Below are positions 7,498 through 15,188 of a stretch of 15,926 nt of DNA, piece by piece; position 1 is the stretch's first letter, and every line of letters begins with the position of its first letter. Origin of the DNA: a virus (taxonomy: Duplodnaviria; Heunggongvirae; Uroviricota; Caudoviricetes). The notes beneath the pieces are model-generated. The model did not search any database. It saw nothing but the letters and a program-made list of their open reading frames with translations, and had not been told where the DNA came from. The DNA lies in the IMG/VR virus record IMGVR_UViG_3300046786_000370, positions 1 to 15,926 of that record. One strand, written 5' to 3'. The position numbers were made by a program, and so were the translations under genes.

Positions 7498-8912
7498 TAT
7501 CCTATGCTGCCTTCCATGGTTACTGATAATAATTTATTTGCTTCTGCCGCAAATTCTAAAGGCAATGTGTTTAATACACTACGGCAAAAGCCGTTGACAA
7601 TCGTCGATGCCGCTTGTTCTGCATCCAAGCCACGAGTTGCTAGATAATATAATTCTTCTTCACTTACTCTGCCTGTAGTTGCTTCGTGCTCAATTTGACT
7701 GCTGTCGTTTCTACATTCTGTATAAGGAACAGTATTGCTGATACTGTCGTTGCCAATCATCAAACTATCGCATTGTGTGTAGTTGCGACTATTCTTTGCT
7801 GTTGGTGCAACACGGACTAAGCCGCGATAAGTCATTGTACTCCGACCAATGCTAATACCTTTGCTGATAATTTTACTGCGAGTATTAGCACCAATGTGAA
7901 TCATTTTTGTACCAGTGTCGGCTTGCTGATGACCTTTGGTAACTGCCACTGAGTAAAATTCTCCAATTGATCCTTCCCCTTGGAGTACGCAACTTGGGTA
8001 CTTCCAGGTAATGGCTGATCCTGTTTCCACTTGAGTCCAACTAACTCTGCTTCGTACGCCTCGACATTGGGCACGTTTTGTGACAAAGTTGTAAACGCCT
8101 CCAACTCCGTTCTCATCCCCTGGGTACCAGTTTTGTACAGTCGAATATTTGATTTCAGCCCTATCAAGGGCAACAAGTTCGACGACTGCGGCATGTAACT
8201 GATTCTCGTCACGTTGGGGTGCTGTACATCCCTCCAAGTAAGATACATAACTATCCTTATCTGCTATAATTAAGGTGCGTTCAAATTGACCGCTACCGGC
8301 ACTATTAATTCTAAAGTAAGTGCTCAACTCTAATGGGCATCGTTTGCCTTCTGGAATATATACAAAACTACCATCACTGAATACTGCTGAGTTGATACAA
8401 GCAAACCAGTTATCACTTTTAGGTACAACTGAGCCTACATATTGTTTTACCAATTCAGGATGGTGTTGTACTGCTTCATTGAAGCTACAAAAGATAATTC
8501 CTTCTTCTGCTAGTTTTTCTTTGTATGTTGTACCAATACTAACGCTGTCAAAAACTGCGTCAACTGCTACACCTGCAAGTTTAGCACGTTCATGTAAGGG
8601 AATACCTAACTTCTCAAAGTCATCTAGGATTTCCTGTGGCACTTCGTCTATACTGTTAAATTGTTTTTTAGGCCGGCTGTGATAGTAAATGTTATCATAG
8701 TCTGGGCGTGTGTATTTTAACTCAGCCCAATTGGGCTCGGTCATTGTGCTTAGTTTGTTTAGTGCATCTAGTCTAAACTCTAACAACCATTCGGGTTCAT
8801 TGTTCTTAGCACTGATAAGTCTAACGGTGTTTTCATTCAAGCCACGGCCCGTCAATTCACTTTCGACATTGGTAGTAAACCCTGCTGTGTATTCTTGTTC
8901 TAGTTCATTCAT
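7497..8912 (-). CDS. sufB: SufB Fe-S scaffold protein
   Basis: [82 protein letters not shown]; full length 471 aa. Confidence 0.98.
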   Translation of the reverse strand: MNELEQEYTAGFTTNVESELTGRGLNENTVRLISAKNNEPEWLLEFRLDALNKLSTMTEPNWAELKYTRPDYDNIYYHSRPKKQFNSIDEVPQEILDDFEKLGIPLHERAKLAGVAVDAVFDSVSIGTTYKEKLAEEGIIFCSFNEAVQHHPELVKQYVGSVVPKSDNWFACINSAVFSDGSFVYIPEGKRCPLELSTYFRINSAGSGQFERTLIIADKDSYVSYLEGCTAPQRDENQLHAAVVELVALDRAEIKYSTVQNWYPGDENGVGGVYNFVTKRAQCRGVRSRVSWTQVETGSAITWKYPSCVLQGEGSIGEFYSVAVTKGHQQADTGTKMIHIGANTRSKIISKGISIGRSTMTYRGLVRVAPTAKNSRNYTQCDSLMIGNDSISNTVPYTECRNDSSQIEHEATTGRVSEEELYYLATRGLDAEQAASTIVNGFCRSVLNTLPLEFAAEANKLLSVTMEGSIG

Positions 8913-9117
8913 TAATTACATCAAATATGTTACCATATTCGTATCTTGTCCAATCATCGTGATCAACATAAGTGTTAATACACCTTCTATATATCTTCTT
9001 TAACCATATACGTTCGCCGCTAACAGTTGTAACTGGATACCAAGCAAACCAAATATGCCATGGCATTACTTCAATCTTCCTATATACATTGCCTATAGGG
9101 TCAAGCATTACTGCCAT
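8905..9117 (-). CDS. Small Trp-rich phage hypothetical protein
   Basis: 70 aa, W..WFAWYPV...SG..IWL..IYRR pattern; overlaps the sufB start by 8 nt (ATGAATGA). Confidence 0.65.
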   Translation of the reverse strand: MAVMLDPIGNVYRKIEVMPWHIWFAWYPVTTVSGERIWLKKIYRRCINTYVDHDDWTRYEYGNIFDVINE

Positions 9118-9443
9118 CTCAACATAAACATCATTTGTTCTTCTTTACTGTTAAATTCTATGATCATACCAGTAAGTGTACATTGTATACGACTTTCAGT
9201 ACACCAGTCAAATATTTGTTCTTCATTGTCAATCCAATATCTGTAATCACAGATCAATAACATAGGCTTGCTAAACTTAGTAACTTTGGCTTCTACGAAT
9301 TTAATGCCCTGTTCTTTTAGCATCTTATGTGCTGTGTTAGCTTCTTTGTGAACTAATACCATTCTATCTCCCTGCGGTTCCTCAATGAGTATTTCCCAAC
9401 AAAGTTTAGAACTGTTATAATGTGCCGACGGACTATTTGACAT
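9108..9443 (-). CDS. Phage hypothetical protein with C-terminal F...E..MMF.LRW motif
   Basis: 111 aa; GGAG SD upstream; overlaps both neighbours by 10-11 nt. Confidence 0.65.
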   Translation of the reverse strand: MSNSPSAHYNSSKLCWEILIEEPQGDRMVLVHKEANTAHKMLKEQGIKFVEAKVTKFSKPMLLICDYRYWIDNEEQIFDWCTESRIQCTLTGMIIEFNSKEEQMMFMLRWQ

Positions 9444-9678
9444 TGCTCCACTTTAATTTATACATTAAAGCATCTTCATTATTGAACGTAGCAGTAATAT
9501 GATAAGCATATCCGTAGGATGCATACTCGATATGTTGATGGTAGACTATGTCCGTTGAATGTTCTTTGACCCATGTACCGTGTTCAGTTTGAAGCCAATC
9601 ATAGGCAACGGCGCCCAGATATATTTCTGGGTCATCTACGTCGCCTACTTTAAGTGTTTTAACAACTAATTTGATCAT
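9433..9678 (-). CDS. Phage hypothetical protein (GDVDDPEIY...W.QTE.G.WV...F..EDALMY.LKW)
   Basis: 81 aa; ATGA overlap with the upstream gene; motif resembles conserved large-phage hypotheticals (recalled, not searched). Confidence 0.7.
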   Translation of the reverse strand: MIKLVVKTLKVGDVDDPEIYLGAVAYDWLQTEHGTWVKEHSTDIVYHQHIEYASYGYAYHITATFNNEDALMYKLKWSNVK

Positions 9679-9995
9679 TTGAACAAGATAAGTGCCATTA
9701 AGCCAGCTTGAATAACAAAGCCCAACCCAATTGTAACAATGTTCAAAATGTCTTTGCTGATTGCGGCTTTAACAAAGAATAAAAACAAGCCAGCCCAAGT
9801 AAACAATACAAGATCTACAGGAGGAGTCTTTTCTGTTAATCCAGTTAGAATAGCAAGTAGAGTAGGGATAGTGCTCAAGTGAATAAGAATAACTGCTAAC
9901 CAGCCCAATGTATCAGCACTGACTGTGACTAATTGTTCTTTGAGATTCTTAGTGCTATTTGATGTAAACTCGTTTAGTTTTTCAATAATATTCAT
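9675..9995 (-). CDS. Small three-TM membrane protein (PQ-loop/SemiSWEET-like or holin-like)
   Basis: Start reassigned from 10058 to ATG 9995 (AGAAAGA SD, removes the overlap with sleB); three hydrophobic stretches LGWLAVILIHLSTIPTLLAIL, LVLFTWAGLFLFFV, ILNIVTIGLGFVIQAGLMALILF; 106 aa. Confidence 0.65.
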   Translation of the reverse strand: MNIIEKLNEFTSNSTKNLKEQLVTVSADTLGWLAVILIHLSTIPTLLAILTGLTEKTPPVDLVLFTWAGLFLFFVKAAISKDILNIVTIGLGFVIQAGLMALILFK

Positions 9996-10006
9996 TTTAA
10001 TCTTTC

Positions 10007-10537
10007 TTACTTGTAAAATACATGTCCGCCAATAGTGGCTACTTTTTCCCGTTTCCATCCTGGGTTAATATGTGTCCCATGGAAGTAAAGGGCATTTTTT
10101 AGACTAGGCAGTCTAAATTCTTCTAACAAAACTTGTCTAGCGACAATTTCACATTCTTTGTAAGCGGCTTTGTTTTTAGGTCTTGCCATTGTAGCTTGTT
10201 CACAGTACCAACTAAACTGGCAAAGAACTTTGTCATAGACAACATTCTTTTGGTAAACAACTTTGCAGATGTCGCTGGGGAATTGCCCACTTGCGGCTCT
10301 GTTTAATGTAACTTGTGCTACGGCTACTTTACCTTCAAATGGCTCATGGCCTGCTTCGTGGTAAATGTTTTTAGCCAAGCAATCTAATTGTCGGTCTCGC
10401 ATTTCTGCGGTTACAGGACTGGCCTGTACTTCTGCTGCCTTTAATTGGTCCAGCTTATAGTTGATACCATAATAAGCAATTAGTCCGACTAGACTAACAC
10501 CTACTACAGACAGGATAATTTTAACGATGCGTATCAT
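10007..10537 (-). CDS. SleB/Hydrolase_2-family cell-wall hydrolase (lytic transglycosylase) with N-terminal signal anchor
   Basis: CLAKNIYHEAGHEPFEGKVAVAQVTLNR (catalytic Glu), ICKVVYQ, CQFSW, ALYFH, IGGHVFY; hydrophobic N-terminus; AAGGAGG SD. Confidence 0.9.
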   Translation of the reverse strand: MIRIVKIILSVVGVSLVGLIAYYGINYKLDQLKAAEVQASPVTAEMRDRQLDCLAKNIYHEAGHEPFEGKVAVAQVTLNRAASGQFPSDICKVVYQKNVVYDKVLCQFSWYCEQATMARPKNKAAYKECEIVARQVLLEEFRLPSLKNALYFHGTHINPGWKREKVATIGGHVFYK

Positions 10538-10572
10538 TCAGTATTCCCTCCTTTACGCGGTTGATTTAGTAC

Positions 10573-10588
10573 GTATCGACTACGATAC
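10573..10588. repeat. Perfect 6-bp inverted repeat at the predicted transcription start
   Basis: GTATCG-ACTA-CGATAC, beginning 7 nt downstream of the -10 box. Confidence 0.6.
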
Positions 10589-10595
10589 ATTCATT

Positions 10596-10624
10596 ATAAT
10601 AACACTTAATTGCTTGTGTGTCAA
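10596..10624 (-). promoter_or_regulatory. Strong sigma70-type promoter heading the minus-strand operon
   Basis: TTGACA (10624-10619), 17-nt spacer, TATTAT (10601-10596) preceded by TGn (extended -10); an overlapping TATAAT at 10598-10593. Confidence 0.75.
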
Positions 10625-10633
10625 GCTAAACGG

Positions 10634-10942
10634 TTAAGTGGTAAGTTTTTTGGTAACAACGGAATAACTTTCACCGGATCCTAGTATACAAGCAACGTCT
10701 TTGTTGAATTGTATAATGGTCCAAGTTCTTGTTTCTGGGTTAACAAATAGTGAATAGTTTGGTGTTTTACTGTCAGCTTCTTTACCAAACCAAATTGGGA
10801 CTTCTTTGAAATCGCTGTTTTTTAAATTTGAAATCATTCTTTCAGCTTTATCGCATTCTACTTCTTTGTTCGTTAAAAAAGTTTCGGCAGTGACACTATC
10901 TACAGTAGCGTAAAATAGTAAGAAGAGTAAAAGATATTTCAT
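10634..10942 (-). CDS. Exported hypothetical protein with two Cys
   Basis: Signal-peptide-like MKYLLLFLLFYATVDSVTA; VEC...EVPIWFG...LFVNPETRTWT...ACILG; 102 aa. Confidence 0.75.
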   Translation of the reverse strand: MKYLLLFLLFYATVDSVTAETFLTNKEVECDKAERMISNLKNSDFKEVPIWFGKEADSKTPNYSLFVNPETRTWTIIQFNKDVACILGSGESYSVVTKKLTT

Positions 10943-10946
10943 ATGG

Positions 10947-10954
10947 TATTTATA
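10947..10954 (-). promoter_or_regulatory. T4-type late promoter TATAAATA, 4 nt upstream of ATG 10942
   Basis: Exact TATAAATA on the minus strand followed by CCAT-ATG, no SD; flanked by a 5-bp inverted repeat GGTAT/ATACC. Confidence 0.65.
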
Positions 10955-11018
10955 TACCTAAAACAAGAAAGTTGTATAAACTTTAGTTTTAACACCATAT
11001 AACTACGCCAAAAAGTGG

Positions 11019-11058
11019 TTTAAATATAGTATTGCCGTTTTGGCGGCTTCATCAGGAG
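11019..11058 (+). promoter_or_regulatory. Candidate late promoter variant, small hairpin and SD for the plus-strand module
   Basis: TTTAAATA (11019-11026, 1 mismatch to TATAAATA), GCCG-TTTTGG-CGGC (11034-11047), AGGAG (11054-11058). Confidence 0.4.
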
Positions 11059-11064
11059 TGAATT

Positions 11065-12630
11065 ATGAAACGATTACTTGTTACTTTTGCTTTAACTGCA
11101 ATCGCAACTTCGGTATTGGCACAAACAACAACTACCGGAACATCGGGAACATCCAGTGGCACAACCACTGGTACAACTACAGTTATTAATCAAGGAACTT
11201 ACGATTCTAAGTCATTGGTGGATACTAATAGTACGTCTAATAGCGTGAGCACAATTAACACCAATAACGTTAATAGCGGTACTATTACCAACAATAACAA
11301 TACCAACTTAACAGGTGGTACGACTAATACCAATAACAACAATAACGTTAATAGTGGCACAATGACTAACAACAATAACAATAACAACGTTATGAGTGGT
11401 AGTGTTACCTATACAAACAATAACAACAACGTCAACAGTGGTACGCAAACGTTTAACAACAATAACGTGAACACTGGTACAATGACTAACAATAATAACA
11501 ATGTGAATACTAGCACAAGTTCTAGCACCAGTGTTAATACAAATAACAACGTTAATACTGGAACTATGACTTACAATAATAACAATGCTAGTACAAGTTC
11601 AAGCACTAACGTTAATACAAATAACAATATTAACAGCGGTACAATGACTTACAATAACAATAATGTTAATGCTAGCACAAGTTCAAATACCAATGTAAAC
11701 ACAAATAATAATGTTAATACAGGTGATATGACTAACCGTAATATTAATACTAGCACTAGTACAAGCACCAATGTTAATACTAACAACAATATTAACAGTG
11801 GCACAATGACTTATAACAATAACAACGTGAACACAAGTACCAGTGTTAATACAAATAATAACAACAATACTAGCACAAGTACTAACACAAATTATCAGTA
11901 TGGTACGATGACTAACATCAACCAAAATACTAATAATAGTACCAGTGATAATACAAATAGAAATATTAACACAGGTGATATGACTAATCGTAACATTAAT
12001 ACAACTACTGCTACGACAAGTAACACTAATACTAATATTAACAGTGGTACAATGACTAACATTAATCAAAATACCAACAACGGTACAATGACTAATAACA
12101 ATAATAACGTCAATCAAAGTACCGCTACTAATACTAACACCAACGTTAACCAAAATATTAACAGTGGCGAAATGACTAATCGAAATATCAACGAAACAGT
12201 TATAACGCAGAAAGTTATTCAACCACCGCCAACAGCAGTTGCTCCGGCAATGATGAGTGGCGGTAACAATGACTTATGTTCAACTGGTAGCAGTGGATCA
12301 GTACAAACACAGATCTTTGGTGTTAGCTCAGGTGGTACTATACGTGATTTAAATTGCGAACGCTTAAAGTTATCCAAGACATTGTTTGACATGGGCATGA
12401 AGGTGGCCGCAGTTGCTACTATGTGTCAGGATCGTCGTGTATTTGATGCTATGATGGCAGCAGGAACACCTTGCCCATACGAAGGCAAAATTGGCGAACA
12501 AGCTAAAGCGGCTTGGGAAGAAAACAAAGATAAAGTTCCACAAATAGAAGAAGCGAGCAAATATGAAACTGCAAAAAACATTGGCCTTGGTGCTTTGTTG
12601 GGCATCCTTGTTCATAACGCTTTCAAGTAA
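11065..12630 (+). CDS. Exported Asn/Thr-repeat protein with a four-Cys C-terminal domain and hydrophobic tail
   Basis: Sec signal MKRLLVTFALTAIATSVLA-Q; ~320 aa N/T/S repeats; C-domain PPPTAVAP..DLC..QTQIFG..NCERLKLSK.L.DMGMKVAAV..MCQD.RVF.AM..AGTPCP; tail IGLGALLGILV; AGGAG SD. Confidence 0.85.
   Translation: MKRLLVTFALTAIATSVLAQTTTTGTSGTSSGTTTGTTTVINQGTYDSKSLVDTNSTSNSVSTINTNNVNSGTITNNNNTNLTGGTTNTNNNNNVNSGTMTNNNNNNNVMSGSVTYTNNNNNVNSGTQTFNNNNVNTGTMTNNNNNVNTSTSSSTSVNTNNNVNTGTMTYNNNNASTSSSTNVNTNNNINSGTMTYNNNNVNASTSSNTNVNTNNNVNTGDMTNRNINTSTSTSTNVNTNNNINSGTMTYNNNNVNTSTSVNTNNNNNTSTSTNTNYQYGTMTNINQNTNNSTSDNTNRNINTGDMTNRNINTTTATTSNTNTNINSGTMTNINQNTNNGTMTNNNNNVNQSTATNTNTNVNQNINSGEMTNRNINETVITQKVIQPPPTAVAPAMMSGGNNDLCSTGSSGSVQTQIFGVSSGGTIRDLNCERLKLSKTLFDMGMKVAAVATMCQDRRVFDAMMAAGTPCPYEGKIGEQAKAAWEENKDKVPQIEEASKYETAKNIGLGALLGILVHNAFK
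11260..12200 (+). repeat. Degenerate in-frame peptide repeats N-[VI]-N-[ST]-G-[TDE]-M-T-[NY]-N
   Basis: 11 GxMT cores plus GTIT, GSVT and GTQT variants, separated by NNNN/NVNT/TSTS tracts. Confidence 0.85.
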
Positions 12631-15187
12631 AGCTCAAGTAGATAGTACTACCGGTAATTTGATAAACTTTACCGGTACACCTACTGCTACGACTAGTAAC
12701 TGGAACAATGGTGTTTATGTTAACCAATTAGGTTGTTTTGGCGGTAATTCTAGTACAGGTTATTGCGGCCCTTACCCTAACGTTCAAACCAATGGTAACA
12801 TTAACTTTAGTTATGGACAGGTTAACTTAAATCAAATTGTCAATATAAACACAGCATTGGCCGCCGGCGGGTCGGGTGTACAACTCAGTGGATTCAACTT
12901 TGCGTTTACTGCCAAGAACGGTAATGGTTGGGATGATGGTAGACAAGACTATCTATCCGCCTATGTTAAGTTTTTTAATTCTGCTGGTGGCTTGGCAGCA
13001 AACTATGATTATACAAGTCAGACTAATCAAAGATATAACTGGACTAACTTTAACTTTAATGAAACATTTGCTACACCGGTACTCGCTTCACAGTTCAGTA
13101 CAGCACAGGTAGGTTTTATTGGTAAAGATAACAACTACTGGGCAGGTCCTTATGGTCCGGAAATTAACAATGTAAGTTTTAGTTTAAAATATCGTGTTGA
13201 CCCTTGTGCTCTTAATGCCGCTTATAGTCCAAACTGTGCTGGCTTTAATAATATTATAGAAAGTAATAACTTATTCAATAGTAATGCGTGGGGTCAGTCG
13301 ATGGTGCAAATGGCCGCTGTTAACGTAGCATTACAAAATGCTGGCATAGGCGCTCAAGTACATGGTATCAATTATTCTTTTGATTGGGCTGTAGGTAATA
13401 GTCAATGTACTAGCATGTTCTTATTCTGGTGTGATGGCTGGACTAATAGTAACATCAATGTCAATGTTAGAATGAACACTGCCAGCAATTCATTATTATT
13501 GAATAGAAATTATGGTTTTTCCGGAGAAAATGTTAGTGGGCGTGTTGAGGACAAATTCTTATTACCTAGTACAATGAATCAAACAGCATTGGGTTATGTA
13601 GGTATGGCCAGCAGTGGTTGGGGTGATGCACAAGCTGGTAATTTTAGAGCAAGTTTAATTTTCACACCCGATCCTTGTACTGCTAATCCTTTATACAGTA
13701 CACAATGTAGTGGCTACGCAGTTGCTTATGCTAAGAATATGTTATTAGGTTCTACAGTAGCCAGTGCAAGTGGTCCTATTGTATCTTCTGGTAGCACTTC
13801 TATGTCAAGTAATACTGGAACAATAGATCAAAGTAATCCACTACCGGATCAACAACAGACTCAACAACCACAGCAAACTCAACAGCAACAATCAAGTCCT
13901 CCTCCACAAGATGCAACTCAACAAACAGCAGTGGCGCAAATGGATCCATCACAACCTAGCCCAACACAAGCAGGTCCAGCTTCTACAAGTCCACAACCTG
14001 CAGGAGGACCAGCACAAACTACCACAGCATCGGCTTCGACTCAACAATCAGGTCCAGGAGCAGGTCCAAGTGCTGGGCCGAGTAAACTAGCAATGAGTGT
14101 ATTAAAAGCAAGTCAAGAAAAAGATAAAGCTACACAACAAATGGCCGTACAAAATGCCGCTAAAACATTAGAAAATGCTACACAAAGTTCACAGGCAAGT
14201 AGCAATCTTGCGATTAGTATAAATCAAGATATGAGTGCTAATAGTGCTACTGCTGCCGCAACGTTTGCTAGCCAACAAACACAAACTAGTCAGCAAACTG
14301 CTACACAAACAACTCAGCAACAACAACAAACTACACAGACTAGCACACAAACTCAGCAAGCAAGTAGAGGTGGGCCGCAATTACAACAACAGCAACAAGA
14401 AACACAACAAGCAGTAGTTCAATCTACTAATATTGTACAATTACAAGCACCACAACAACAAGAACAGCAACAAACACAAAGTCAAACTTCTAGTAGCGTA
14501 GTAAGATTGTTACCTCCTGTTCAACAAGAACAGCAACAAACACAAAGTCAAATGACTGCCGGTATGATGCCTATGCCACAGAGTACATATACTCCTCCAC
14601 AACAACAAACACAGGAAACACAGAGTACTCAAGTTAGTATGTTAAAACCTCCCGCACAACCACAAGTTGAAATACAGCAACCTAGCAGTGGTACAGGACT
14701 TACATTATCTAGAAATCCATTTGCTTATAATCCTTTAGGATCAATAAATGTATCTAGCATGACTATGCCGCAAACACAACCTGCGCCAACATTCCAGTTC
14801 CGCAATGAAACAAAGACAGAAATAGAAGCTCCACAAATGCCTGTTGCTAGTTTTAGTGTTAGCCGTGCTGGTAATCCATTATCTGAGATATTGATGCAAC
14901 AAAGATTTGAATCAATGCAAAGCACAATAACACCATCAATGAGCTCAGTTAATAAAAACGCACAATCAAATGAACTAGCAGGCGGTGTTGATATTGCATC
15001 AATTGCCACTGTACCAAGTGGATTTAATGCTTATTCAATTGTGTTAAAAGATGCGGCATTTTATGAGCCCAAAGAAGTTTATAAAAATCAACGTACAGTT
15101 GATAATGAGAGAGTGTTGCGTGGACTAACACGTGGCAGTGATAGCTTACATCAGCGTATGGTTGATCAGCAATATAAAGGAAATTAA
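12563..15187 (+). CDS. Large exported protein: two beta-rich domains each ending in a DPC...C knuckle, Gln/Thr/Pro-rich stalk, globular C-terminus
   Basis: Signal MKLQKTLALVLCWASLFITLSSKA-Q; GKDNNYWAGPYGP motif; DPCALNAAYSPNCAGF (13199-13246) and DPCTANPLYSTQCSGY (13670-13717); Q-rich ~13850-14700; 874 aa. Confidence 0.85.
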   Translation: MKLQKTLALVLCWASLFITLSSKAQVDSTTGNLINFTGTPTATTSNWNNGVYVNQLGCFGGNSSTGYCGPYPNVQTNGNINFSYGQVNLNQIVNINTALAAGGSGVQLSGFNFAFTAKNGNGWDDGRQDYLSAYVKFFNSAGGLAANYDYTSQTNQRYNWTNFNFNETFATPVLASQFSTAQVGFIGKDNNYWAGPYGPEINNVSFSLKYRVDPCALNAAYSPNCAGFNNIIESNNLFNSNAWGQSMVQMAAVNVALQNAGIGAQVHGINYSFDWAVGNSQCTSMFLFWCDGWTNSNINVNVRMNTASNSLLLNRNYGFSGENVSGRVEDKFLLPSTMNQTALGYVGMASSGWGDAQAGNFRASLIFTPDPCTANPLYSTQCSGYAVAYAKNMLLGSTVASASGPIVSSGSTSMSSNTGTIDQSNPLPDQQQTQQPQQTQQQQSSPPPQDATQQTAVAQMDPSQPSPTQAGPASTSPQPAGGPAQTTTASASTQQSGPGAGPSAGPSKLAMSVLKASQEKDKATQQMAVQNAAKTLENATQSSQASSNLAISINQDMSANSATAAATFASQQTQTSQQTATQTTQQQQQTTQTSTQTQQASRGGPQLQQQQQETQQAVVQSTNIVQLQAPQQQEQQQTQSQTSSSVVRLLPPVQQEQQQTQSQMTAGMMPMPQSTYTPPQQQTQETQSTQVSMLKPPAQPQVEIQQPSSGTGLTLSRNPFAYNPLGSINVSSMTMPQTQPAPTFQFRNETKTEIEAPQMPVASFSVSRAGNPLSEILMQQRFESMQSTITPSMSSVNKNAQSNELAGGVDIASIATVPSGFNAYSIVLKDAAFYEPKEVYKNQRTVDNERVLRGLTRGSDSLHQRMVDQQYKGN
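14456..14552 (+). repeat. Exact 31-bp direct repeat within the Gln-rich stalk
   Basis: CAACAAGAACAGCAACAAACACAAAGTCAAA at 14456-14486 and 14522-14552 (66-nt period, in frame; QQEQQQTQSQ twice). Confidence 0.9.
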
Positions 15188-15188
15188 T

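Noticed and set aside
7901-9003. Alternative-frame or antisense ORFs inside sufB (7901-8248, 8320-8682, 8710-9003) and similar short ORFs over groES, sufA, sufS, sufC and the Gln-rich gene
   Set aside because: Fully nested in well-supported conserved genes, with no recognisable motifs or translation signals.
9996-10058. ORF-track start at 10058 for the membrane protein (and 15132 for the small TM protein)
   Set aside because: These extensions overlap upstream genes; ATG 9995 and ATG 15189 have SD-like sequences and proper spacing.
10585-10605. AT-rich ATAAT/ATTAT stretch as a possible Fur box over the operon promoter
   Set aside because: Poor match to GATAATGATAATCATTATC in any register; explained by the -10 element itself. 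No IscR-type site recognised either.
11683-12222. 179-aa minus-strand ORF (also 11199-11387 and 12370-12615)
   Set aside because: Antisense shadows of the AAC/AAT/ACT-rich repeat gene; I/V-rich composition is the expected reverse-complement artefact; no SD.
12573-12579. A_AAA_AAC slippery heptamer in phase in the Asn-repeat gene, possibly fusing it to the next ORF
   Set aside because: A -1 shift enters the third frame and stops after 12 codons; the next gene is in the +1 frame; no clear stimulatory structure.
11260-14700. Repeats as a CRISPR array or a diversity-generating retroelement TR/VR pair
   Set aside because: Repeats are degenerate, in-frame and protein-coding, with no constant repeat-spacer period; no reverse transcriptase in the window.
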